Source of the DNA: an uncultured Acidobacteriota bacterium
GTDB taxonomy: Bacteria; Acidobacteriota; Thermoanaerobaculia; Multivoradales; UBA5704
Direction: 5' to 3'
Assembly: GCA_963770895.1 (NCBI GenBank)
Contig: CAVYRF010000002.1
Coordinates: forward strand, 416,001-480,000
DNA: 64,000 bases
The position numbers and the translations under genes are program-made. The notes beneath the pieces are model-generated. The model ran no database searches. It saw only the letters and a program-made list of their open reading frames with translations, and was not told the DNA's origin. Every line of letters begins with the position of its first letter. The first letter of the stretch is position 1. Positions 19,101 through 27,472 of the stretch are shown here, one piece after another.

Positions 19101-20068
19101 TCGAAGCCCTGGACGGCGCGCGCCGCTACTATGCCGCCTGGTTCGGGCCCTATCCGTGGCGCGACCTGCGGCTCAACGAGTTCCCCGCCGTCGCCGACTA
19201 CGCCCGCGGCAACGCCACCAACATTTTCTTTTCGGAGTCGGTGGGCTTCACCGAGGTGCCCGGCACCTTCCCCGACGCGGCCTTCGAGATCGCCGCCCAC
19301 GAAGCCGCCCACCAGTGGTGGGGCCACATCATGTCCCCCGGCGAAGGTCCGGGCGGCATCATCCTCGCCGAGGGCGCCGCCAACTTCAGCACCATGATGC
19401 TGCTCGAACAGGTGCGCGGCACCGCCGCGCGCATCGCCTTCGCCACCCGCTCCGAAGCCGTCTACGGCGAGTCGCGCGCCCCCTCGACCGAGCTGCCGCT
19501 GGCCCAGACCACGCCCTTCCGCCCCGCCGACGACACCGTCATCTACGACCGCGGCGGCTGGGCCCTGTGGATGCTCCTCCAGCACATGGGCCGCGACCGC
19601 TTCCTGGCCGGCGCCCGCCAGTTCATCGCCTATTACCACGCCGCCCCCGGCCACCCGGTGATCCAGCACTTCCTTGCCACCATGCGCCCCTACGCCGCCA
19701 ACCCCCAGGCCTTCGACGACCTCACCGGCCAGCTGTTCTTCCAAGTCGTGGTGCCGGAATACCGCATCGTCGAAGTCCACAAGCAGCGCCTCCCCGGCGC
19801 CGCCGCCTGGCAGGTCGTGGCCCGCATCGCCAACGCCGGCAACGCCCGCTTCGCGGTCGCCGTCGCCGCCGCCAACCAGCCCGACCGCTTCTCCGACAAG
19901 GGGCAGCCGGTGCCCACCTATCGCGACGCCCGCGCCACCCTCACCCTCGCCCCCGGCGAGGAGCGCGAAGTCCGCATCCTCTGCCCCTTCGACCCCCACC
20001 GCCTGGTCGTCGATCCCGACGCCAACGTCCTGCAGCTGCAGCGCAAAGCCGCCTCCGCCCGCCTCTGA
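16166..20068 (+). CDS. Tandem ABC-2 permease domains fused to a C-terminal M1-family zinc aminopeptidase
   Basis: Two hydrophobic ABC-2-like halves (LLAATPLS..EYIWGKF; ILYATPVP..AILAGK), then HEAAHQWWG...LAEG and the YDRGG motif. Confidence 0.88.
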   Translation: MNGATDLGSRSAPPGAEAAPAQPPAPGEHGGRHRRPAAAGDRSDSGGGGLRRFRLVAGLELAEAARRPMFWLWAALMAGNAWLMSRGIWIYRSVDTSLGSPRAWADSEFQVAFVLPLLSFLMVSFFVAVAAGLPVLRDNERKVGALLAATPLSAGEYIWGKFAGVLGACLAAVATLLGFLLLFMYALPDAATPEIYGPFTLAATLRPLVLLMLPGLIFLAGAAFLLGQATGKPIVVFLLPVALVPFLQSFVWAWFPADLSPAAAAALRYLDPSGFRWLKETWLRVDRGIAFYNTHPIAYDLPFVASRIAFVAAGLLLVDVARRHFSRQGADRARRRGPLARGSSLAHGAPPAVLATLVEVPMPLLAPARDLSGAVDATLAGLAMRSRPTGVLRGIAAVARFELAELVAQPGLYIFLPAVLLFLGIDFASTHPPIDTRTLLTPGTAAVGALAVLAPWICLLLLFSTVESLQRERSTRLAPILYATPVPTAAILAGKALAEGAMVAACLAASFLLCAWIMLAQGQVHIQLWPFVLVWGLLLTPTLLAFTAFVIAVFAVTDSRYLTYGIGLTVLIATFAAYLYGHLNWVCNWLLIDALRWSDMGTFELDRRALWLNRLEVLALVPPLALAAERWFRRREADRLAGSGAPPAAADTPPAAVAPSAPGDGSAQPALRSQPRSRTRPGIRPSRPLPLLAAATVPAVALGLALLVAVEQGFDGGIARRRHKDYWRQNVATWMDAPLPYVTHVDLDLEMEPARRWFRVRGAYDLTNRKAAPIPWFPVTGGIAWKHLSWTLDGRPYQPYQRDPADPTGMFEVRQPIAPGATRRLGFQYEATFLPGVSRAGGALPLGEFMLPSGVLVTGRNPDFVPILGFKKDVGIDDDNRFEPRRYPPDFWRSDLDASLDRSAFTSRLRITAPAEYTVNSTGILTGQTLHDGRRTWQWDSDYPLRVFNVAAGRWAVARGQGTAVYYHPGHPWNVPSLLEALDGARRYYAAWFGPYPWRDLRLNEFPAVADYARGNATNIFFSESVGFTEVPGTFPDAAFEIAAHEAAHQWWGHIMSPGEGPGGIILAEGAANFSTMMLLEQVRGTAARIAFATRSEAVYGESRAPSTELPLAQTTPFRPADDTVIYDRGGWALWMLLQHMGRDRFLAGARQFIAYYHAAPGHPVIQHFLATMRPYAANPQAFDDLTGQLFFQVVVPEYRIVEVHKQRLPGAAAWQVVARIANAGNARFAVAVAAANQPDRFSDKGQPVPTYRDARATLTLAPGEEREVRILCPFDPHRLVVDPDANVLQLQRKAASARL

Positions 20069-20094
20069 CCCCCATCCCCGCGACACGCCGGGGC

Positions 20095-20123
20095 TTGACA
20101 GAGCAGCGCGCTCCGCGAATAAT
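20095..20123 (+). promoter_or_regulatory. Sigma-70-type promoter TTGACA-N17-AATAAT
   Basis: TTGACA at 20095-20100 and AATAAT at 20118-20123, upstream of the regulator gene. Confidence 0.7.
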
Positions 20124-20157
20124 CCAAGCATGATCTTTGAAAACAGGAATCGGACCG

Positions 20158-21036
20158 ATGAATAGGAAAAGAGGCGAGGGAGGGCGCGGCAAGGACCTGC
20201 CGGCCGGCGCGGCGCTCGCCCAGGCCGGCGATCCCGCCGACGCCGTACCCGGCGTCGCGGCAGAAGACGGGGCGCAGCGCGCCACCGGCGACCGGCTGCT
20301 GCTGCTGCTCAAGACGCGCGGGCCGCTCCTGGCGGCGGACCTGGCGGCGATCGTGGGCATCAGCGGCGAAGGGGTGCGGCAGCAGCTGGGGCGGCTGGCG
20401 GAAGCTGGGCTGGTGGAGGCGACGTCGGCGCCGCGCAGGGTGGGGAGGCCGGCGCAGCTGTGGGCGCTCACGGCGGCGGCACACGCCCGGTTTCCGGACA
20501 CCCACGCGGAGCTCACCGCGCAGCTGCTGCGGGCTGTCCGCAGCGAGCTGGGCGAAGCGGCGCTCGACCGCTTGATCGACCGGCGCGCGGCAGAATCCAA
20601 GGAGATCTACGACACCGCGCTGGCCGGCGCCGCCGACCTGGGCGAGCGCGTGGCGCGCCTGGCCGCGGCGCGGACCCGCGAGGGCTACATGGCGGAGTGC
20701 CGCGCCGACGGCGACGGCTACCTGCTGATCGAGAACCACTGCCCCATCTGCGTCGCCGCCACCGAATGCCAGGGCTTCTGCCGCGCCGAGCGCGACATCT
20801 TCCGCCAGGTGCTGGGCCGCAACATCTCGGTGCACCGAACCGAACACATTCTGGGCGGCGACCGCCGCTGCGCCTACCGCATCGCGCCGCAAGCGCCCGC
20901 CTTGCCGGCGCCATCGCAGCCGGCAACGCGCGGCGCCACCCGGCGCGTGCCCGCGCCAGGAGCGGGCCGGCGCGGCGCCGCGAGCGGTGGCGGCCCGCTC
21001 GCGCGGCGCGCACTCCCCAGGAGGACTGCATCATGA
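20158..21036 (+). CDS. Winged-HTH transcriptional regulator with a Cys-containing C-terminal sensor domain (COG2345/SufR-like)
   Basis: LLKTRGP..AADLA..VGISGEGVRQQL..L...GLV, VGRP, ENHCPIC, CQGFCRAE, RRCAY. Confidence 0.85.
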   Translation: MNRKRGEGGRGKDLPAGAALAQAGDPADAVPGVAAEDGAQRATGDRLLLLLKTRGPLLAADLAAIVGISGEGVRQQLGRLAEAGLVEATSAPRRVGRPAQLWALTAAAHARFPDTHAELTAQLLRAVRSELGEAALDRLIDRRAAESKEIYDTALAGAADLGERVARLAAARTREGYMAECRADGDGYLLIENHCPICVAATECQGFCRAERDIFRQVLGRNISVHRTEHILGGDRRCAYRIAPQAPALPAPSQPATRGATRRVPAPGAGRRGAASGGGPLARRALPRRTAS

Positions 21037-21887
21037 AACGTGAACATTCCGACACCGACACCATCACCGACAGCTCGACTCGCGACCGGCAGCCGCGGAA
21101 CCCGCTTGCCGGACTGCGGGTCGCCGTGACGGGCGGCACCTCGGGACTGGGCCTGGCGCTGGTGCACCAGCTGCTCGCCCAGGGCGCCCATGTCGCGCTG
21201 GTCGCCCGCCACCGCCAGGGCATCGACCGCGTGCTGCGCGACCATCCCGAAGTGCACGGCATCGCCGGCGACGTCTCCCGCAAGGACGACATCTATCCCA
21301 TCGCCATGCAGATCCTGGGCGACCTGGGCGGCCTCGACGTGCTGATCAACAACGCCTCCAGCCTGGGCCCGGCACCGCTCGCGCTGCTCGGCGACACCGC
21401 CTGCGAAGACCTCGAGCAGGCCCTTGCCACCAACCTGCTGGGACCCTTCCGCCTCACCAAGGCGCTGCTCGGCGCCCTCACCGCCGCCGCCCGCGAGCAC
21501 GGCGCCGCCGTGGTGATCAACATCAGCAGCGACGCCGCGCTCAACCCCTACCCACGCTGGGGCGCCTACGGCGCCAGCAAGGCAGCGCTGCACCACCTGA
21601 GCCGCATCTGGCATGAAGAGCTGGCAGCAGAAGGCCTGCGCTTCCTCTCGCTCGATCCCGGCGACATGGACACCCCCCTACACACCCTGGCAGTTCCGGA
21701 CGCCGATCCCGCAACACTCAAAACCCCAGCAGCCGCAGCGCGGGAGGTGATCGCCGCCCTCGCCGCCGCACTGCCGCAGACGCCGCCACGCGCCAGGTCC
21801 GCGCCCGGCGTCGTGAGAGCCACGGCGGATCAACGGGCTGACCGTAGGGCAGCGGCGCAATCTGCCTCCGCGGAGGCGCCGCGGTGA
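21033..21887 (+). CDS. SDR family oxidoreductase
   Basis: VTGGTSGLG, INNAS, NISS, YGASK, DPGDMDT; AGGAGG RBS. Confidence 0.92.
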   Translation: MKREHSDTDTITDSSTRDRQPRNPLAGLRVAVTGGTSGLGLALVHQLLAQGAHVALVARHRQGIDRVLRDHPEVHGIAGDVSRKDDIYPIAMQILGDLGGLDVLINNASSLGPAPLALLGDTACEDLEQALATNLLGPFRLTKALLGALTAAAREHGAAVVINISSDAALNPYPRWGAYGASKAALHHLSRIWHEELAAEGLRFLSLDPGDMDTPLHTLAVPDADPATLKTPAAAAREVIAALAAALPQTPPRARSAPGVVRATADQRADRRAAAQSASAEAPR

Positions 21888-23260
21888 TCGCCGCCGACCA
21901 GCCGGTGCAGCGCCCGCCGTGGGCCAAGATGTTGGTGATCGATGGCGCGGGACGTATGCAGCACGTGATGCGCGCTTCCTTTGTCGACCTGCTGGCGCCC
22001 GGCGACCTGGTGATCGCCAATGACGCGGCGACGCTGCCGGCCAGCCTGTCCGGAGTCCACGAGCCCACTGGCGCCCGGATCGAGGTGCGATTGGCGGGTC
22101 TGCCTCCGTACGCTCTAGCCCGCGACAATCGCGGCGACCTGGTGCGGCAAACAGGCCCGTTCGCGAGCAACCGGGAGAGCGGCGGCCGGCGACCGGCCGG
22201 GTCGCAACCGGAACCACCGCGGCACGGGAGAAATCAACAGGCGTCGGCGCTTGCCCGCATCGCCACCGGCAGCCCGCCGGCCACTGCCGGCCCTGTTGGC
22301 CCCGTCGACTCCGTCGACCCCGTAGCGGCGGGTGGCTCCTTCGCCACCCTCGGATTGTTTGCGCCCGCCGGTGCCTTCGTCGCCGTCGTGTTTGGCGGCG
22401 GCGACTACCGGGTTCGCACCGAAGAGCGCCCGCTGCCGCCGGCGCTGCGGCCGGGCGACCGCCTGATCCTGGGGCCGCTGACGGCGCGGGTGGAGCGGCT
22501 GCTGGGGCACCCACGCCTGGTGGTGCTGCGCTTTGCCGGCGCGCCCGACGCGATCTGGGCTGGACTTGCGCGGCATGGGCGGCCGATCCAGTACGCGCAC
22601 GTGCCGGCGCCGCTGGCGCTGTGGGACGTGTGGACGACGGTCGCCGGCCACCCGGTGGCGTTCGAGCCGCCTTCGGCCGGATTCCTTCTGGACTGGCAGA
22701 CGCTGGGCGCCCTGCGCCGGCGCGGCATCGCGTTCGCCACCCTGACGCACGCGGCGGGAATCTCGTCGACCGGCGACCCGGAGCTGGACCGCCGGCTGCC
22801 CTTCGACGAGCCGTACCACATCCCGCAGGACACGGCCGAAAAGATTCGCGCGGTCCGCCGCGCCGGCCGCGTCATCGCCATCGGCACGACCGTCGTGCGC
22901 GCCCTGGAGCACGCCGCGATCGGACGCGGCCAGGTCAGGCCTGGCGCGGGCGTGGCCGACCAGCGCATCGGCCCCGGCACCCGGCTGCGGGTGGTGGACG
23001 CCATCGTGTCCGGCACGCACGAGCCAGGCAGCAGCCACTACCAGCTGCTGCGCGCCTTCGCCGGCGCGGCAATGCTCCACCGCGCCGACCGTGAGCTGGC
23101 CGCCCACGGCTATCGCACGCACGAGTTTGGCGATTCGGTGTGGATCGAAAGGCAGACACCGCGCCCGGGCGGCGGCCGCGGCCCGCGCCGCGGCCGCGAC
23201 CGGAGCGATCAGAACGCGTTGTTGTCCAGCCCGCCGCAGAGCGTGCCGGCGGTGCCCTGA
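21884..23260 (+). CDS. Divergent QueA-like (SAM:tRNA ribosyltransferase-isomerase fold) protein
   Basis: GDLVIANDAATLPA, EPPSAG, IAIGTTVVRALE, HEPGSSH, YRTHEFGDS; the canonical QueA motifs are altered; contains a long low-complexity insertion. Confidence 0.8.
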   Translation: MIAADQPVQRPPWAKMLVIDGAGRMQHVMRASFVDLLAPGDLVIANDAATLPASLSGVHEPTGARIEVRLAGLPPYALARDNRGDLVRQTGPFASNRESGGRRPAGSQPEPPRHGRNQQASALARIATGSPPATAGPVGPVDSVDPVAAGGSFATLGLFAPAGAFVAVVFGGGDYRVRTEERPLPPALRPGDRLILGPLTARVERLLGHPRLVVLRFAGAPDAIWAGLARHGRPIQYAHVPAPLALWDVWTTVAGHPVAFEPPSAGFLLDWQTLGALRRRGIAFATLTHAAGISSTGDPELDRRLPFDEPYHIPQDTAEKIRAVRRAGRVIAIGTTVVRALEHAAIGRGQVRPGAGVADQRIGPGTRLRVVDAIVSGTHEPGSSHYQLLRAFAGAAMLHRADRELAAHGYRTHEFGDSVWIERQTPRPGGGRGPRRGRDRSDQNALLSSPPQSVPAVP

Positions 23261-25257
23261 TAGGTCTTCGACTTGCCCGTCGCGGTGTCGGTCACCGTGA
23301 TGGTATACGGGAAGTCGGTGAGCGCGCCCCAATAGAACGCGATGCGGTCGGAGAATTGGATCAGCTTGGTCATCAGCTCGACGTCGGTGGGATCGGTGAA
23401 GACGAAGGTCCCGACCTCGTTGGAAAAGAGCTTGCCCAGGGCGTTGCCGCCGGTGTTGTTGGCGGGGTTGGCCCAGGTGACGGACACCGCGAAGCGATTG
23501 CCCAGCAGGCAGAGGTTGGTCGCGGTCTGCCTGCAGGCGCTCTGCAGGCTGATCTGGTTGCTGCCCGCCGCGGCGGGGAAGGCGCTTTCGTCGATGCCGC
23601 CGCAGTTGCCGGCGGTGTTCGAATAGGTGTGCGCCTCGTTGTTGGCAAGATCGCGGATGGTGACGTTGAATTCAAGGTTGGTCAGCTCGCCGTAGAAAAC
23701 CTTGAAGACGCCGTTGATGTTGAGCACCTTGAACATCAGCTCGACGTTGCCGGGGTCGCTGAAATAGAAGTAGCCGGCGGCGTCGGTGCCCTTGATCGCA
23801 CCGGCCTGGCCGGAAGTGTTGTTGAACTGGTTGGTCCAGTTGGCGGTGACCTGGAACTGGCCGCCGTTCAGGCAGAGGGTCTGCGCATTGGCGGTGCAGG
23901 TCGCCGGCGGCGGCGGCGGCGCCGTCTGGTTGGAGTAGAGCAGCGCCACCGCGGCCTTGTCGTCGGCGCCCAGGCGGGCGCCGCGGTTGTCGGTGTGCAC
24001 CAGGGTGCGCATGATGGCGTCGTTGTACACCGCGCTGGAGCATGACGGGCTGATGGCGTCGCCGCACGAGTGCGCCAACCCGATGCAGTGGCCCAGCTCG
24101 TGGGTGAGCATCGACTGGGCGATCTCGGAGGCGGTGGCGCCGCCGGTGCCCAGCTTGAAAAAGCAGCTGAGGTTTTGCGCCGTGACGCTGTGCGCTCCGA
24201 CCATGGGGTTGTACTGCACGCCCTTGAAGGTTTCGGGCGTATCGTAGAAAAAGGTTTCGGTGTAGGCGACGATGCCGCCGGTGGCACAGTTGAACGGCGT
24301 GATTTCGCCCGCGGGGTCGTTGAAGGTGACCTCGTTGACGGCGTTGTAGGCAGCCAGGGTGCCCGCGGTCGCCGTCGTGCCGCCGTAGGCCAGGTTGATA
24401 AAGGTGCCGGGGTTGGTGTCCCACGCCTGCATCGACGTCTGGTACTCGGCAAAGCCGCCGCCGGCAAGACCGGGCTGCCCGGCCTGGTTGGCATAGAACA
24501 CGATCGGAGTGCCGGTGTCGAACTGAAACCAGCGTTCGTTGTAGCCGTCCACCTCCAGCAGCGTGTACTTCTCCGCCAGGGCCGCCTGCTCGCCCGCATC
24601 CAGGTCGACCAAGTAGTCCGCCGGCGCGTCGCCGCCGCCGGCCGCCCGCTCCGCCACCCAATTGGCAAAATGTGAGGCGTCGCGCGGCCGATCCAGGCCG
24701 GCTTCGCCCGCCTGCTTGCCGCCCATCGCCACCTGCGTCGCGCCCGCCAGGCTGCGCAGCGCCAGCGTCTGGGCGCCCTGGGCCGCGGCGCGATCGACCA
24801 GGTGGAAGGCGCCCAGAAACAGCTGCAGCACGCGGTACGTGCCGTCCGGCCGCGGTTCGAGGAACAGCAGCAGCCGCTCCTGCGGCGTGAACCGGGGCGC
24901 CCCGGCGACCGCCGCGGAAATGCCGTTCGACCGCCGGCCGCCCGGCACCCGCACCGTCAAGGTGCCATCGCCGGCGGCTCCCTTGAGGAGCCGGTCGACC
25001 TGCACGCGATAGTCGGTCGACGGCGCCGCCAACGCCGCCGCCGGCGCATCGATCGCCATCGAAAGAACCGTCACCTGGGCGATCAGCGGCGCCTGATCGG
25101 CCAAAGCGCCGTCCGCGACCATCACGAACGTTGCGGCGGCGAGCGGAGCGGCACGGAACGATACGAGGAAGAGGGCCAAGGCGCACATCCCGACCGCGCC
25201 CCAGGAGCGGCCAGAACGGCCGCGGCCAGTGTGACAAAGATCACAGTACACGAGCAC
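23209..25257 (-). CDS. Secreted metzincin protease: N-terminal TIMP/NTR-like domain, HExGHxxGLxH domain, two C-terminal repeats
   Basis: HELGHCIGLAH...AIMR; repeats TLCLNGGQFQVTANW...YFSDPGNVELMFKVL and NLCLLGNRFAVSVTW...FTDPTDVELMTKLI; AAGGAG before GTG. Confidence 0.82.
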   Translation of the reverse strand: MLVYCDLCHTGRGRSGRSWGAVGMCALALFLVSFRAAPLAAATFVMVADGALADQAPLIAQVTVLSMAIDAPAAALAAPSTDYRVQVDRLLKGAAGDGTLTVRVPGGRRSNGISAAVAGAPRFTPQERLLLFLEPRPDGTYRVLQLFLGAFHLVDRAAAQGAQTLALRSLAGATQVAMGGKQAGEAGLDRPRDASHFANWVAERAAGGGDAPADYLVDLDAGEQAALAEKYTLLEVDGYNERWFQFDTGTPIVFYANQAGQPGLAGGGFAEYQTSMQAWDTNPGTFINLAYGGTTATAGTLAAYNAVNEVTFNDPAGEITPFNCATGGIVAYTETFFYDTPETFKGVQYNPMVGAHSVTAQNLSCFFKLGTGGATASEIAQSMLTHELGHCIGLAHSCGDAISPSCSSAVYNDAIMRTLVHTDNRGARLGADDKAAVALLYSNQTAPPPPPATCTANAQTLCLNGGQFQVTANWTNQFNNTSGQAGAIKGTDAAGYFYFSDPGNVELMFKVLNINGVFKVFYGELTNLEFNVTIRDLANNEAHTYSNTAGNCGGIDESAFPAAAGSNQISLQSACRQTATNLCLLGNRFAVSVTWANPANNTGGNALGKLFSNEVGTFVFTDPTDVELMTKLIQFSDRIAFYWGALTDFPYTITVTDTATGKSKTYQGTAGTLCGGLDNNAF

Positions 25258-25360
25258 CGAACGTCTCCTTCACGTCACATTTTCGTCATCCCGCTGGCCC
25301 GCGCGGAACCGGCACAAACCCGGTAATTTCCAATCAATCTCCCACGGCCCCATGCCGCCG

Positions 25361-27058
25361 TCAAGCCCGCCCCGCCCGGTCGGTCGGGCCGGCCAGGCCG
25401 AGCATGCGGTAGACGGCGGCCAGGTCCAGGTGCCGGCGGAAGTGATCGGCCAGCCGATCCAGCGAGTCCACGCCTGCCGGCGGCGGCGGCGGCGGCGGCA
25501 GGTGCACCAGGCGGCGCAGATGATCGAGCAGCCGCTGCGCCGCCGCCGGCGCATCGAACAGGCCGTGCAGATAGGTGCCCAGGATGCGTCCGTCAGCGCT
25601 CACGGCGCCGTCGTCGCGCGCCTCGCCGTCGCCGGCGCGGACCAGGCGGAAGAGCGGCCGCACGCCGGGACCCAGCCGCGTGTCGCCGACGTGGATCTCG
25701 TACCCCACGGCTTCACACTCGTCGTCGTCGGACGAGCCACCGGCGCCGTCGCTGCCATCGCCGCCCTGGTCGCGAGCGGCGCCAGCGGTGCGAGCACCGG
25801 CCACGGCGGCCGCCCCATTCGCGCCGCCCCCACCTCCGGTCGCTGCGCCCGACGCCGCCAGGATGCCGTCGTAGAAGCGGGCGCGCGCCTGGCGCGTCAC
25901 CTTGGCCCGCGCCATCACCGTCGTCGCGTCCAGCAGGTCCAGACCGCGGCACACCCGCTCCGCGCTTTCGACGCCCCAGGGATCTTCGATCGTCCTGCCC
26001 ATCATCTGGAAACCGCCGCAGATGCCGACCACCGGCCGGCCCGCGGCCAGGTGCTCGCGGATTGCCCCTTCGAAGCCGGCGCGCCGCAGCCAGGCCAGGT
26101 CGGCCACCGTGCTCTTGGTACCCGGCAGGATCAGCACGTGCGCCGCCGCCGCGTCCGCGGCCCGCGACAGATAGATCAGGTCGACGTCGGGCCGCGCCGC
26201 CAGCGGCCTGAAATCGGTGTAGTTCGAAACGTAGGGCAACGCCACGACGCCCACCCGCAGACGCGCCCCGCCCGCGCCCGTGCCTCCTGTGCCTCCCGCG
26301 CCGCCGCCGGAGGCGAACACCCGCGGCAGCTCGGCCGCCGTCACCCCGTCCTCTTCGTCGACGCCGTGCCCCGCCAGGTACGGCACCACCCCCAAACACG
26401 GCTGCCCCGAGCGCTCCTCCAGCCACCCCACCCCCGGCGCGAACAGCTCCGGGTCACCGCGGAACTTGTTGACCAGGAAGCCGCCGAAGCGCCGGCGCTC
26501 GCCCGGCGTGAGCAGGTCGAAGGTCCCCAGCACCGACGCGAAGACGCCGCCGCGGTCGATGTCGGCCACCAGGATGCACCGCGCATCCGCCACCTCCGCC
26601 ATGCTCAGGTTCACCATGTCGACGGCCTTCAAGTTCATCTCGACCGGCGACCCCGCCCCCTCCAGCACGATCACCCGGTGCCGCGCCGCCAGCCGCTCGT
26701 ACGCGGCGTGAATCGCCGCCGCCAGCTGCGGCTTGCGCGCATACAGCTCGGCCCCCGACAGGCTGGCCAGGACCTTGCCCTCCAACACCACCTGCGAGGA
26801 CGTGTCCGAAGTCGGCTTGAGCAGCAACGGATTCATGTCCACGTGCGGCTCGACCCCCGCCGCCATCGCCTGCACCGCCTGCGCCCGCCCGATCTCGCCG
26901 CCCCCCGCGGTGGCAAACGAATTGAGCGCCATGTTCTGCGCCTTGAACGGCGCCACGTCGCAACCGTCCTGCCGCAGAATCCGGCACAGCGCCGCCACCG
27001 TGAGCGACTTGCCCACGTGCGACGCCGTCCCCAAAACCATCAACGCCCGCGCCCGCAT
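25361..27058 (-). CDS. cobQ: Cobyric acid synthase
   Basis: MVLGTASHVGKS, PFKAQNMALNS, EIGRAQ, EGAGSPVEMNL, DIDRGG, NKFRGD, PGTK, GICGGFQM, GTYLHGLFD. Confidence 0.95.
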   Translation of the reverse strand: MRARALMVLGTASHVGKSLTVAALCRILRQDGCDVAPFKAQNMALNSFATAGGGEIGRAQAVQAMAAGVEPHVDMNPLLLKPTSDTSSQVVLEGKVLASLSGAELYARKPQLAAAIHAAYERLAARHRVIVLEGAGSPVEMNLKAVDMVNLSMAEVADARCILVADIDRGGVFASVLGTFDLLTPGERRRFGGFLVNKFRGDPELFAPGVGWLEERSGQPCLGVVPYLAGHGVDEEDGVTAAELPRVFASGGGAGGTGGTGAGGARLRVGVVALPYVSNYTDFRPLAARPDVDLIYLSRAADAAAAHVLILPGTKSTVADLAWLRRAGFEGAIREHLAAGRPVVGICGGFQMMGRTIEDPWGVESAERVCRGLDLLDATTVMARAKVTRQARARFYDGILAASGAATGGGGGANGAAAVAGARTAGAARDQGGDGSDGAGGSSDDDECEAVGYEIHVGDTRLGPGVRPLFRLVRAGDGEARDDGAVSADGRILGTYLHGLFDAPAAAQRLLDHLRRLVHLPPPPPPPAGVDSLDRLADHFRRHLDLAAVYRMLGLAGPTDRAGRA

Positions 27059-27472
27059 CGCTGGTATCGACACTATCGATCTAGTCACAGCTTATGCCGG
27101 AACCGCGAAAGCGGAGGACGAATGTGGCGCTGGGCCAAACCCCAAGCCCTCTCGCCGGCGCGCAGCGCCTCTTGTCGGAGACAGGCCGGGTCGAGGAGCA
27201 GCGATCCGCCCCTTGCCCAGTGCCTTGCCACAATGCCGTTCTGTCCGTAAAATCTCTCTGCTCTTTTGCGAGAACCCAGAAGAAGCTGAACGGATTGCCT
27301 TAAAAGCTAGGCAGTATCTCGATAGTCAATCCTGAGCCCTACCTTCCGGTCCTGTCCCAGGCTTGACCACGGCCTACAGGGGGCGACTTCGTCGCGGAGG
27401 CCGTGATTCCCGCCAGGGAAAACGCGCCCGCTCGACCGCCGGCCCGGCGCGCGGTACAGTTTGGCTCGCCCC

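Noticed and set aside
27060-27370. Cobalamin riboswitch upstream of cobQ
   Set aside because: I could not find the conserved B12-element motifs in the right order on the minus strand; an Infernal search would settle it.
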